Shown here one piece after another: positions 38,429 through 47,953 of a DNA stretch of 64,000 bases (position 1 is the first letter of the stretch; every line of letters starts with the position of its first letter). The DNA comes from Abditibacteriaceae bacterium. GTDB taxonomy: Bacteria > Armatimonadota > Abditibacteriia > Abditibacteriales > Abditibacteriaceae. The translations under genes were made by a program, and so were the position numbers. A model generated the notes under the pieces. That model worked only from the letters and a program-made list of their open reading frames with translations, ran no database searches and was not told the DNA's origin. The stretch is taken from NCBI GenBank assembly GCA_965277285.1, contig OZ255721.1, positions 1,536,001 to 1,600,000 of the forward strand, given 5' to 3'.

Positions 38429-40252
38429 TTGAAACGCACTCATCATTGCGGCGATTTGCGCCCCCAACACGTCAGTCAAACCGTCGCGCTTTGCGGCTGG
38501 GCCAAAGTCGTGCGCGACCAATCGCACCAAATTTTTATCGACCTGCGCGACCGTTCCGGCATCGTCCAAATCGTCGTCGACCGCGACATCAACGCCGAAC
38601 TTTTCGCGCAAATGTCCGGCGTCAAATCTGAATATTGTTTGCAAATCGAAGGCGTTGTCGCTCAGCGCATCGCGGGCAAGGAAAACCCCAAACTCGCCAC
38701 CGGCCAAATCGAAGTTCACGTTCAGAGCGCGCAGATTCTCAACACCTCGAAGCCGTTGCCGTTTGAACTGGACGACGAAGTGCGCGCCGAAGAAAACATT
38801 CGCCTGCAATATCGCTATCTCGATTTGCGACGCGCCCCGATGCGCGACATTCTCGAACTGCGCCATCGCATCGTGAAAGCGACGCGCGACTTTTTGGACA
38901 GCGAAGGTTTCTGGGAAATCGAGACGCCTTTGTTGTGGAAATCGACGCCCGAAGGCGCGCGCGAATATGTCGTGCCAACGCGCTCGCAAGCCGGCAAAGC
39001 CTTTGTCCTCCCGCAAAGCCCGCAAATCGCCAAGCAATTGTTGATGGTCGGCGGCGTCGAAAAATACTTCCAGGTCGCGCGCTGTTTCCGCGACGAAAGT
39101 GCGCGCAGCGACCGTCAACCCGAGTTCACGCAAATCGACATCGAAATGAGCTTTGTCGAGCAGGACGACGTTTTAGCGCAAACCGAACGCTTGTTCGCTC
39201 ACATCATGCGCCAGTGCAAAGGCATCGAAGTCGAACTGCCCTTTCCGCGCCTGAGTTACGAAGAATCGATGCGTCGTTATGGTTCGGATAAACCGGACAC
39301 GCGCTTTGGTTTGGAGTTCGTTGATTTGAGCGACATCGCGCACGAAAGCGGTTTCAAAGTGTTTGCGAACGCGGTCGCGTCCGGCGGGCAGGTCAAGGCG
39401 ATTTGCGCGCCCGGTTGCGCCGAATATTCGCGCAAGCAAATCGAAGAATTGACAGATTTGGTCAAGCGTTTTGGCGCGCGCGGCCTGGCGACTTTCGCGC
39501 TGGGCGAAAGCGAAGTCAAAAGCCAGGTCGCCAAGTTTTTCAGCGAAGCACAAATGCAGGAAATCTTCACGCGATGCAACGCCAAAACCGGCGACCTGGT
39601 TTTGTGCGTCGCCGACCGACAGAACGTCGTCGCGCAAAGTCTCGATTTTCTGCGCCGCGAAATGGCGAAACGATTGGATTTAATTCCCGCCGACACTTTC
39701 AATTTTCTGTGGATTGTCGATACGCCGATGTTCGAGTACTCGAACGAAGAAGGCCGCTTCGACGCGATGCACCATCCGTTTTGTTTGCCCAACCCGGACG
39801 ATATGGCATTGCTGGAACAAGGGTTTTCCAGCGACATCGCCAAAAGCGAGGCGGCGCATCCGTGGGCGCAAGTGCGCGCCTGGCTCTATGACCTGGTATT
39901 GAACGGCAGCGAACTGGCGAGTGGCTCGATCCGTTGCCATCGCCGCGACATTCAAGAGAAGATTTTCAGCATCATCGGCTTGCCGCTGGATGTCGCGCAG
40001 GAACGTTTCGGCTTCATGCTCGATGCCTTTGAATACGGCGCGCCTCCGCACGGCGGCATCGCGCCCGGATTGGATCGCGTCGTGACGATTTTGGCTGGAA
40101 TTCCCGACGGCAACATCCGCGAAGTCATCGCCTTTCCCAAAACCAGCGGCGGCCTGGATCCATTGACCGGCGCACCAACGCCGATTGACGAAAGTCGTTG
40201 GCGCGAATTGGGACTTCGAGTACTCGATGCCTCTAACGAACCCGCAGCGTAA
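38429..40252 (+). CDS. aspS: Aspartate--tRNA ligase
   Basis: KRTHHCG, FIDLRDRSG, PEGAREY, LPQSPQ, CFRDE, GAPPHGGIAPGLDR. TTG start after GGAG. Confidence 0.98.
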   Translation: MKRTHHCGDLRPQHVSQTVALCGWAKVVRDQSHQIFIDLRDRSGIVQIVVDRDINAELFAQMSGVKSEYCLQIEGVVAQRIAGKENPKLATGQIEVHVQSAQILNTSKPLPFELDDEVRAEENIRLQYRYLDLRRAPMRDILELRHRIVKATRDFLDSEGFWEIETPLLWKSTPEGAREYVVPTRSQAGKAFVLPQSPQIAKQLLMVGGVEKYFQVARCFRDESARSDRQPEFTQIDIEMSFVEQDDVLAQTERLFAHIMRQCKGIEVELPFPRLSYEESMRRYGSDKPDTRFGLEFVDLSDIAHESGFKVFANAVASGGQVKAICAPGCAEYSRKQIEELTDLVKRFGARGLATFALGESEVKSQVAKFFSEAQMQEIFTRCNAKTGDLVLCVADRQNVVAQSLDFLRREMAKRLDLIPADTFNFLWIVDTPMFEYSNEEGRFDAMHHPFCLPNPDDMALLEQGFSSDIAKSEAAHPWAQVRAWLYDLVLNGSELASGSIRCHRRDIQEKIFSIIGLPLDVAQERFGFMLDAFEYGAPPHGGIAPGLDRVVTILAGIPDGNIREVIAFPKTSGGLDPLTGAPTPIDESRWRELGLRVLDASNEPAA

Positions 40253-40349
40253 GCGACGGGTCTTCTCTTGATGATAGTCCGTACGTTCAACAGAACAATC
40301 ACAAAGTATTCTCGACAGAAGACCCGTCGCTTACGCTTCGGGTTCGTTA
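40234..40349. repeat. REP-like family A inverted pair overlapping the aspS 3' end
   Basis: TAACGAACCCGCAGCGTAAGCGACGGGTCTTCT ... AGAAGACCCGTCGCTTACGCTTCGGGTTCGTTA, with a palindrome copy on each side (40215, 40349). Confidence 0.9.
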
Positions 40350-40410
40350 TCGAGTACTCGATTCGACAGCGCATACCAAAACTTCCCTTGCGCGATGTAA
40401 ACTGCGAACT

Positions 40411-41448
40411 ATGAACACAACTCCCTACACACCCGCAGAAGCGCGTTATGGCACGATGGAATATCGTCGCAGCGGCAAGAGCGGCTTGAAACTTCCGGCG
40501 ATTTCGCTGGGTTGCTGGCACAACTTCGGCGGCGTTGGAACCGCTTCCAACCGCATCGAAAACGAAAACGACTTCCACGAAAATTGTCGCCAGATGTTGT
40601 TCGCGGCCTTCGATGGCGGCATCACGCACTTCGATCTGGCCAACAATTACGGTCCGCCCGCCGGTTCAGCGGAAACGCGCGTCGGTCGCATTTTGCGCGA
40701 AGATTTCAAAAACCACCGCGACGAACTCATCATCAGCAGCAAAGCCGGATACCATATGTGGAACGGGCCGTATGGCGACAACGGCAGCCGCAAATATCTG
40801 CTGGCCTCGCTCGATCAATCGCTGACGCGTCTCGGTCTCGACTACGTCGATATTTTCTACCATCATCGTCCCGATAACGATACGCCGTTGGAAGAATCGA
40901 TGGGCGCGCTCGATCACGCAGTGCGTAGCGGCAAGGCGTTGTATGTCGGGATTTCCAGCTACAGCGGACAGCAAACGCGCGATGCGCTGAAAGTCTGCGA
41001 GCAGAACAACTTCATCAAGCCGATCATTCATCAGCCGAGTTATAGCCTTTTGAATCGCCGCATCGAAAGCGATTTGCTGCCCGCCACGCGCGCCGAAGGC
41101 GTTGGCGTCATCGCGTTTTGCCCGTTGCAACAAGGTCTTTTAACCAACAAATACTTGGACGGCGTGCCCAATGATTCGCGCGCCGCGACGCCGGAGGGCG
41201 CTTTGTCGCGCGAACAGGCCGAATCGTCCGACATCGACAAAGCGCGCCAGTTGAACCAGATCGCGCAGAATCGCGGTCAATCGCTGGCGCAAATGGCGCT
41301 GTCGTGGGTTTTGCGCGATCAGGCCGTTACTTCGGCGCTCATCGGCGCCAGTCGTCCCGAACAAATCGTCGAAAACTTAGCTGCCGCCAACAACACCAAA
41401 TTCGGCGACGATGAAATCACCAAAATCGACGGCATCTTGAAGTCGTAA
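40411..41448 (+). CDS. Aldo/keto reductase (L-glyceraldehyde 3-phosphate reductase-like)
   Basis: SGLKLPAISLGCWHNFG, FDLANNYGPP, SSKAGY, DYVDIFYHHR, IHQPSYS. Confidence 0.93.
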   Translation: MNTTPYTPAEARYGTMEYRRSGKSGLKLPAISLGCWHNFGGVGTASNRIENENDFHENCRQMLFAAFDGGITHFDLANNYGPPAGSAETRVGRILREDFKNHRDELIISSKAGYHMWNGPYGDNGSRKYLLASLDQSLTRLGLDYVDIFYHHRPDNDTPLEESMGALDHAVRSGKALYVGISSYSGQQTRDALKVCEQNNFIKPIIHQPSYSLLNRRIESDLLPATRAEGVGVIAFCPLQQGLLTNKYLDGVPNDSRAATPEGALSREQAESSDIDKARQLNQIAQNRGQSLAQMALSWVLRDQAVTSALIGASRPEQIVENLAAANNTKFGDDEITKIDGILKS

Positions 41449-41475
41449 GGCGCCGTTATCGAGTACTCGATATGA

Positions 41476-41515
41476 CGAAAAAGCCCGCGAATATCATCAT
41501 TCGCGGGCTTTTTCG
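41476..41515. terminator. Bidirectional terminator
   Basis: CGAAAAAGCCCGCGAAT-N6-ATTCGCGGGCTTTTTCG. Confidence 0.85.
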
Positions 41516-41579
41516 CATTTAGCAGCAATGGCCAAGCTATAGCAGTTCAACGATTAAACGCGACACATTTGCACAACTC

Positions 41580-41654
41580 TTGTAGGGACGCAGATTTCTG
41601 CGTCCGCCAGTTCAAACTTGCACACAGCGGACGCAGCAATCTGCGTCCCTACAA
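41580..41654. repeat. GTAG-type REP doublet (family B)
   Basis: TTGTAGGGACGCAGATTTCTGCGTCCGC ... GCGGACGCAGCAATCTGCGTCCCTACAA. Confidence 0.85.
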
Positions 41655-41754
41655 CATTAGCAATCCGGGGCATTTAATCGTTGAACGGCTATAGCAACCG
41701 CGCGATTGGTTATCGCTTCGCAGATTGCTTGTAAAAGTTTTGTGCAATTCAGCG

Positions 41755-43338
41755 TTATTCAGCGCCGACGCCCAGATAAGTGCGCAGTTTTTGCGATTCA
41801 AACTTCGCTTCGGCTTCGCGGTCGGGCGACAAAAGCGAAACGATGATTCCCGCTGCAAAAGCGCACGGCATCGAGATCAGCGTCGGGTTGAGCCACGGAA
41901 AAATCGCGCTCGGATTGTGTAGCAAATCTTTCCAAACCGTTGGGCTGAGAACAATGAGAAGAACCGCGACGACAAGGCCAGTCACAATTGACGCGACCGC
42001 GCCCGCCGTGGAAAGTTTGCGCCAGAAAATCGACAAAAGCAGTGCGGGGAAGTTCGCGCTGGCCGCGACCGCAAACGCCAATCCCACCAGAAACGCCACG
42101 TTTTGTTTCTCGAAAAGCAAGCCAAGCCCAATCGCCATCACGCCTAAAACAATGGTCGCGCCTTTGGCGACGCGCACTTCTTCGGCTTCATTCGATTGGC
42201 CCTGACGAATCACGCCCGCATACAAATCGTGCGAAATCGCGGACGCGCCCGCGAGTGTCAGTCCCGCGACAACCGCTAAAATCGTTGCAAACGCGACCGC
42301 CGCCAAAAATCCCAGCAGAGCGCCGCCGCCCAGGTTTTCGGCCAGCAGCATCGCCGCCATGTTGCCGCCTTTGCCGACTTTGCCGATCAGTTCCTTGCCG
42401 ACCAGAACCGCCGCGCCAAAGCCGATGGTAAAGGTCAGAATGTAGAAATATCCGATGAAACCAGTCGCTACGAAAACGCTTTTGCGCGCTTGCTTGGCGT
42501 CGGGAACCGTGTAAAAACGCATCAAAATATGCGGCAAACCCGCCGTGCCAAACATCAGGCCAATCGAAAGTGACAGCAAATCCCAATGATTGGTGGCGAC
42601 TTTCGCGCTGACCTTAGGAAACGTGAAAGCCGCGCCATATTTGGCCTGCGCCGCATCGAACAAAGCGCCATAACTCCAGCCGAACTTCGACAAAATCAAA
42701 ATGACAAGCAGCGTCGCGCCGCCCAAAAGCAGCACGGCTTTGATGATTTGCACCCACGTCGTCGCCAGCATTCCGCCGAACAAGACATACAAAACCATCA
42801 ACACGCCGACGATCAGCAACGCATCGTTGTAAGGCAAGCCGAACATCAATTTGATGAGCCCGCCCGCGCCGACCATTTGCGCGATCAGGTAAAACAACAC
42901 GGTGACAATCGAAGAAATGGCCGCAGCGGTGCGAATCGGGCGCACTTTCAAGCGATAGGCGACGACATCGGCGAAGGTATATTTGCCCAAGTTGCGCAAC
43001 GGTTCGGCGATGAGAAACATCACAATCGGCCAGCCGACGAGATAGCCGACGCTGTAAATCAAGCCGTCATAACCGCCGGTTGCCACATAACCGGCGATGC
43101 CCAGGAAACTGGCGGCGCTCATAAAGTCTCCGGCGAGTGCCAGACCGTTTTGAAAACCGGAAATGCTGCGGTCGGCTGCATAAAACTCGCTGGAGGTTTT
43201 CGTCTTTTTGGCCGCCCAGTAAGTGATTCCCAGCGTGACCAGAACAAACAAAAAGAAGAACGTGATCGCCAGATTATTGCGCTCGCCGCTGCCAATGACA
43301 GTGGCCGCATTGTTGACATTGTTTGCGACGGAAGGCAT
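41755..43338 (-). CDS. actP: Cation/acetate symporter ActP (SSS family)
   Basis: QNGLALAGDFMSAASFLG, EPLRNLGKYTFADV, GTAGLPHILMRFYTVPDA; preceded by DUF485. Confidence 0.95.
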   Translation of the reverse strand: MPSVANNVNNAATVIGSGERNNLAITFFFLFVLVTLGITYWAAKKTKTSSEFYAADRSISGFQNGLALAGDFMSAASFLGIAGYVATGGYDGLIYSVGYLVGWPIVMFLIAEPLRNLGKYTFADVVAYRLKVRPIRTAAAISSIVTVLFYLIAQMVGAGGLIKLMFGLPYNDALLIVGVLMVLYVLFGGMLATTWVQIIKAVLLLGGATLLVILILSKFGWSYGALFDAAQAKYGAAFTFPKVSAKVATNHWDLLSLSIGLMFGTAGLPHILMRFYTVPDAKQARKSVFVATGFIGYFYILTFTIGFGAAVLVGKELIGKVGKGGNMAAMLLAENLGGGALLGFLAAVAFATILAVVAGLTLAGASAISHDLYAGVIRQGQSNEAEEVRVAKGATIVLGVMAIGLGLLFEKQNVAFLVGLAFAVAASANFPALLLSIFWRKLSTAGAVASIVTGLVVAVLLIVLSPTVWKDLLHNPSAIFPWLNPTLISMPCAFAAGIIVSLLSPDREAEAKFESQKLRTYLGVGAE

Positions 43339-43388
43339 ACATTTCCTTTGGTGGTGAGAATATCGAGTACTCGATTGCGAACGTTGAA

Positions 43389-43476
43389 AACGAACCCCGA
43401 GCGTAAGCGACGGGTAAAAAGTAAGAGTTACCTGTAATTGATAATTTTCACCCGTCGCTTACGCTTCGGGTTCGTT
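43389..43476. repeat. REP-like family A inverted pair overlapping the DUF485 3' end
   Basis: AACGAACCCCGAGCGTAAGCGACGGGT ... ACCCGTCGCTTACGCTTCGGGTTCGTT. Confidence 0.88.
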
Positions 43477-43794
43477 GGTGTCGGGTTGATTGACATTCAT
43501 TTTGGCTTTGACTTGCTCGACCAGCGCGTCATACTGCGAGTTGGCCCAGCGCACATAAAGGCCAGTTAAAATCCAGGCCAGCAGAATCACGCCGATGCCC
43601 AGCGGAATGCCACGATTGATGCTGCCCGAAAAGCTTTGTCCCAGCCATGCGCTGTGCCAGCCGAGCAGAACCACAAAACCATAAAACACCGTCAGCGTGA
43701 TAACCGTAAGAACGAGGGAAATGCGGTTTTTGCTCTGCGCCAATCGTTGAAAATCGGGGTCGCGCAAAACTTCTTCGGGCGAGATTTGTGGCAT
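43459..43794 (-). CDS. DUF485 (YjcH-like) membrane protein
   Basis: DPDFQRL, two TM helices, YVRWANSQYD; CAGGAG RBS; upstream of actP. Confidence 0.92.
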   Translation of the reverse strand: MPQISPEEVLRDPDFQRLAQSKNRISLVLTVITLTVFYGFVVLLGWHSAWLGQSFSGSINRGIPLGIGVILLAWILTGLYVRWANSQYDALVEQVKAKMNVNQPDTNEPEA

Positions 43795-43877
43795 CGTGGC
43801 TCCTGATAAAATGGAAATCAGGTTGATGTTATCACACCGTTTGCCTAATCGCTTTCGCAACGATATTGAGTACTCGA

Positions 43878-44504
43878 ATGATATTTCCAACTGCACCGAA
43901 ACCTTCGCCAACGCAACCAAAGCTATCAAAGCGCCTACGCGCACTTTCGGCTTGCGTCGCACTGGGAACAGCAATCGCGCTTGGCTTGGGACATCAGCAC
44001 GATCCAAGTTTTCTCAACGGCGCTCTTTCGCAAGTGCCGCTTGTCCGCGATTTCTTTGCCGTCGCCCCAGCCAAGCGACCTTATGGCATGGCGCCACAAG
44101 CGTTCGCGGCGTATTTGCGCGCCTGCAAAACCGCGAATATCGACCCATTTCGCATCGGTCAAACTATTGGCGATGATCCGCGTTCAGTCGGTTATCATAG
44201 GCGCGACGGCGTGTTGAAAATTGGCGGCGAAAACATCGAATACTGCGCGGCGGTTGATCTGGCGGTTTTCGGTTTGAATGGGCCGCAAATCACGCAGTTT
44301 CAAAATGCATTGGCGCAAGAAGGTTTCGCCAGTTTTTATCGTCATGAAGGCAAGTGGGCGGGCGATGAACATATTCACGCGATTTACGGGCGTTTGAAAA
44401 TGAAGCCGCAACTGGCAGGACAAACGCGCGATTGGCTGCGCACACGTCACAAGCAAAACTTGCCGCATTTGCCGTGGGAAAATCAGTTTCGCGCGTTGAA
44501 CTGA
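43878..44504 (+). CDS. Exported hypothetical protein, possible M15/LAS-like Zn peptidase
   Basis: Hydrophobic N-terminal segment; SVGYH...AAVDL...EHIHA. Confidence 0.55.
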   Translation: MIFPTAPKPSPTQPKLSKRLRALSACVALGTAIALGLGHQHDPSFLNGALSQVPLVRDFFAVAPAKRPYGMAPQAFAAYLRACKTANIDPFRIGQTIGDDPRSVGYHRRDGVLKIGGENIEYCAAVDLAVFGLNGPQITQFQNALAQEGFASFYRHEGKWAGDEHIHAIYGRLKMKPQLAGQTRDWLRTRHKQNLPHLPWENQFRALN

Positions 44505-44637
44505 ACTGTGAGTACTCGATAACGAACCAGTTTTATATTGAACTGGTCGCGCGTTTGTTCTTCCCGTTGTGGCAGCAATGAATTTTATGGTGTTGACACG
44601 ACGAGTAGCGCACGCCGAGACACGGAACTTATTTAAT

Positions 44638-45567
44638 ATGCGAACTGCTAATATGCGAACTGAAGACTTTTTTCGATCCAAGATTTTTACGGCACCTTTG
44701 ACGGCTTCGGCGTGCGCATTTTGCGTGATGGTTTTCCTCGCGCTGAACTTATCGAGCGACAAGTCGTGGGCGGCAGCCGCACATTGGGGTTATTTTCCCG
44801 ACCGTGTGGTTTGGGAAGGTCAGCCGTGGGCGCTCGTCACCTCGGTTTTTGTGCATTTGGAAATCTGGCACATCGCGTTCAATGTTTACTGGTTGTGGCT
44901 TTTGGGCAGCGTGTTGGAAGAAAGTATCGGTTCGCTGCGCTTTGCGTTGTTCTTCGTCGCAGCGGCCTGGGTCAGTTCCGCCGCCCAATTGCTGATGACC
45001 GGAAATATGGGCATCGGAGTATCGGGCGTGGTCTATGCGTTGTTCGGTTTTGGCTGGGTCGCGCGCCACAAAATGCCGCAATTCAAGGCGATTCTGAACG
45101 ATCAAACTGTACAGGTATTTCTGGTGTGGTTGGTTTTCTGCGTTGTGCTGACCAAACTGGGCGTGATGCAAGTCGGGAACTGGGCGCATGGGTTTGGGCT
45201 GGCGTTCGGCGTCGCGGTCGGCGGGCTTTTCGTCCTCCGCTGGCGTCCGTTAGTTTCCGCACTCGGTCTGATTGTGTTGCTCGGCGGTTCAATTCTTCCA
45301 CTGAAATGGTGCCCTTTGTCGCCGGATTGGACGGCTATTCAAGCGAATAATGCGCGGGAGCGCGGCGACTATCAGCAGGCAATTTATTGGTATCATCGTT
45401 ATCTGAACGAAGGCACGGATGAATCGTGGGCGTGGTCGAACCTGGCGGAACTTTACGGCGCGCACGGCGATAAAACTGAATTTAAGGTCGCAGTGAAAAA
45501 ATTGCGCAACACCGATGGAAAGGCTGCCGATGAAATCGAAGCGGAATACGGAAAGTCATCTAACTGA
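44638..45567 (+). CDS. Rhomboid intramembrane serine protease with C-terminal TPR
   Basis: FVHLEIWHIAFN, GVSGVVYA, NWAHGFGL; TPR-like helices. Start uncertain. Confidence 0.9.
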   Translation: MRTANMRTEDFFRSKIFTAPLTASACAFCVMVFLALNLSSDKSWAAAAHWGYFPDRVVWEGQPWALVTSVFVHLEIWHIAFNVYWLWLLGSVLEESIGSLRFALFFVAAAWVSSAAQLLMTGNMGIGVSGVVYALFGFGWVARHKMPQFKAILNDQTVQVFLVWLVFCVVLTKLGVMQVGNWAHGFGLAFGVAVGGLFVLRWRPLVSALGLIVLLGGSILPLKWCPLSPDWTAIQANNARERGDYQQAIYWYHRYLNEGTDESWAWSNLAELYGAHGDKTEFKVAVKKLRNTDGKAADEIEAEYGKSSN

Positions 45568-45647
45568 ATGGTTGCGCCCAAATTTCGCAATCGAGTACTC
45601 GAACTTAATTAACTCGCGTTACTAACCTTGGCTTGAAGGATCGAAAA

Positions 45648-45679
45648 GTGTCATTCCGAGCGAAGTCGAGGAATGACAC
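45648..45679. repeat. Short family C-like element
   Basis: GTGTCATTCCGAGCGAAGTCGAGGAATGACAC. Confidence 0.6.
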
Positions 45680-45743
45680 GCTGTTTTGGCGCTCTTCTAA
45701 ATCAAAACGATAGACGGCAACTTGGGTTAATTCAAATTTTCTT

Positions 45744-46094
45744 ATGCCAACGATTCAAGCCAACTTCGCGGATAAAGCGGCAGCCGAACAAGCGCGCACC
45801 AGGTTGATTGAGGCTGGTGTTGCCAATGGCCGAATTCACATCTGGAACAACATTGCGGACGATGCGCCGTTTGCGGCCAACCGCGACGATGCGGCGGAAG
45901 GTGGCGCTTTGATCGGTGGTTTGTTGGGCGGCGTCGCGGGTTTGGCAGCGGGTGCAGCGATTGGCTCGACGTATGAAGGCGAGGCGTCGCACGTTGCATC
46001 TTCTGGTGTGCGATTGGTGGTCGAGGTTCAGAACGGCGATCTTGATGTCGCAACGTTGTTGCGCGAAAATGGCGCGTTGAATGTGCAGCTGTAA
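45744..46094 (+). CDS. Glycine-zipper small protein (general-stress-protein-like)
   Basis: GGALIGGLLGGVAGLAAGAAIG; ends LLRENGA. Confidence 0.75.
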   Translation: MPTIQANFADKAAAEQARTRLIEAGVANGRIHIWNNIADDAPFAANRDDAAEGGALIGGLLGGVAGLAAGAAIGSTYEGEASHVASSGVRLVVEVQNGDLDVATLLRENGALNVQL

Positions 46095-46260
46095 ATTTTC
46101 CTTTATTGCGGGCACCAAGTGTTAGAAAGTTCCCACGACGCGGAACATCGAAAGAAAAGTGTTGGCGGTTCGAGTGTTCATTCCATAGCGCTATACTGGT
46201 GCGACTGCGTTGCTGTTGATGAGGGCGACGCAGTTTTTGTCCGTTTTCGGTTTGAATGTT

Positions 46261-47937
46261 ATGACCAATACAACGCGTCGCCATGTTTCCGAGAATAATG
46301 GCGTTCGCTTTCATATAACGGTTTCTCGTGGTTGCATTGCAATGGCGTTGTTGCTGGCGCTGGTCGGCATTTTTTATCGTTTTGCCGCTCTCGACCGCAA
46401 AATTTTCTGGCATGACGAGGTTTATACAGCGATTTACCTGTCGGGCTACAAAACCGGTACCGTTTTAGGAAGCCTGACTTCAGGTCAGCCTGTCGATAGA
46501 AATCAGGTTCTCGTTTATCAACGATTGCATCCCGAGCGGACTTTAGGTGACGCGCTGCAATCGTTGCGCGATCACGATCCGCATCATCCGCCGCTTTATT
46601 ATGCCGCGTTGTGGGTTTGGGCGCGGCTTTTCGGCGCTTCGACGTGGTGGCTGCGCGCTTTTTCTGCACTGTGTGGCGTGCTCGCTTTGCCGGCCTTCGC
46701 ATGGTGGTGCCGCGAACTCTTCGATTCACGACGCGCCCTGTGGATTGGCCTGGCGTTAATGGCGGTTTCACCGTTTCACGTTTTGTATTCGCAGGAAGCG
46801 CGGCCTTACTCGATCTGGGCGCTGGCGACATGTGTTTCGTGCGCGGCTTTGTTGCGCGCACAACGCACACAAAAAACGCGCGATTGGTCACTTTATTGTT
46901 TGTCGCTGCTCTTCGGATTATGGACGCATCTCTTATTTGGGCTGGTCGTCGTGGCGCATATTCTGTGGATGGTTTCGACTTCCAACCGCACTGCGGACGC
47001 GCGCGACGACCATCGAGTACTCGATGCTGCCGCATCTCGGGAGAAACTCTTGAAAAAAAAGCGTTTCGCCTTTTGCCTGTGCGCAGCGTTTGTCTTGTAC
47101 ACGCCGTTTTTGATTTCTCTATTGCAGGGGCGTCAAACGGCGCAAGAGCATTTGGCGTGGGTGACGCATGGTACAGGAATCGCTGGTCGGGTTCAAAGCT
47201 GGACGGCTAATTTCGGCGTGGCGTTTTTCGATCCGCGCTCACAGATTTGGCAAGCCTTTGCGTCGCGCTTTATCGTCGCTGTTTTTGCAATGGGCGCTCT
47301 TGTGTGGACAATACGCCGCGCGCCACGTCCGACAGCGATGTTTGTTGCCTCGCTTTTCCTTTGTTCATTGCTGCCGTTCGTGCTACTTGATGTGCGATAC
47401 GGAGGGAAAAGTTCGCAGGTCGTGCGTTTTCTGGTGCCCGCGATTCTGGCGCTCCAACTGGCAGCGGTTTTCTTGATTGTTCAGCTTTCAGAGATGGCGC
47501 GCTGGCGTAACTTGTCCCTGGCACTGATGTTTGTGTTGATAAGCGGCGGTCTGGTTTCATGCGAAGCGAGTCGTCGCAGTTCCGCTTGGTGGATCAAGGC
47601 CGACCCTGCCAGGATTCCTGATGCTGTGCGTCTGGCAAATGGTTCGGCGAGTCCCTTGTTCATCGTCAATAAAAATACGATAAACCTGGGGTATTTCATG
47701 GCTTTGACGCGCGCTCTGCCGCCCCAGTCGCGCACTTTGCTGCTGACACGCGAAACAGAACCGATACCGATAGGCTTTGCCAATTTTTATGTTTTCGCGC
47801 CTTCATTCACGCTGCAACATGCCTTGCAAGCGTCGGGTTACTCGCTGCGCCTTCTCGATCCAAGCGGCTGGAACGAGATAATTTCAACTTCGCATCGCGC
47901 ACTCAAAGTGGCAACCGCCGCTCAAACCAGCCCGTAA
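46261..47937 (+). CDS. GT-C (family 39/PMT-like) membrane glycosyltransferase
   Basis: FWHDE, HPPLYY, LRAFSAL, SPFHVLYSQEARPYS. Start uncertain. Confidence 0.88.
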   Translation: MTNTTRRHVSENNGVRFHITVSRGCIAMALLLALVGIFYRFAALDRKIFWHDEVYTAIYLSGYKTGTVLGSLTSGQPVDRNQVLVYQRLHPERTLGDALQSLRDHDPHHPPLYYAALWVWARLFGASTWWLRAFSALCGVLALPAFAWWCRELFDSRRALWIGLALMAVSPFHVLYSQEARPYSIWALATCVSCAALLRAQRTQKTRDWSLYCLSLLFGLWTHLLFGLVVVAHILWMVSTSNRTADARDDHRVLDAAASREKLLKKKRFAFCLCAAFVLYTPFLISLLQGRQTAQEHLAWVTHGTGIAGRVQSWTANFGVAFFDPRSQIWQAFASRFIVAVFAMGALVWTIRRAPRPTAMFVASLFLCSLLPFVLLDVRYGGKSSQVVRFLVPAILALQLAAVFLIVQLSEMARWRNLSLALMFVLISGGLVSCEASRRSSAWWIKADPARIPDAVRLANGSASPLFIVNKNTINLGYFMALTRALPPQSRTLLLTRETEPIPIGFANFYVFAPSFTLQHALQASGYSLRLLDPSGWNEIISTSHRALKVATAAQTSP

Positions 47938-47953
47938 CAAATCGCCGAATTAT

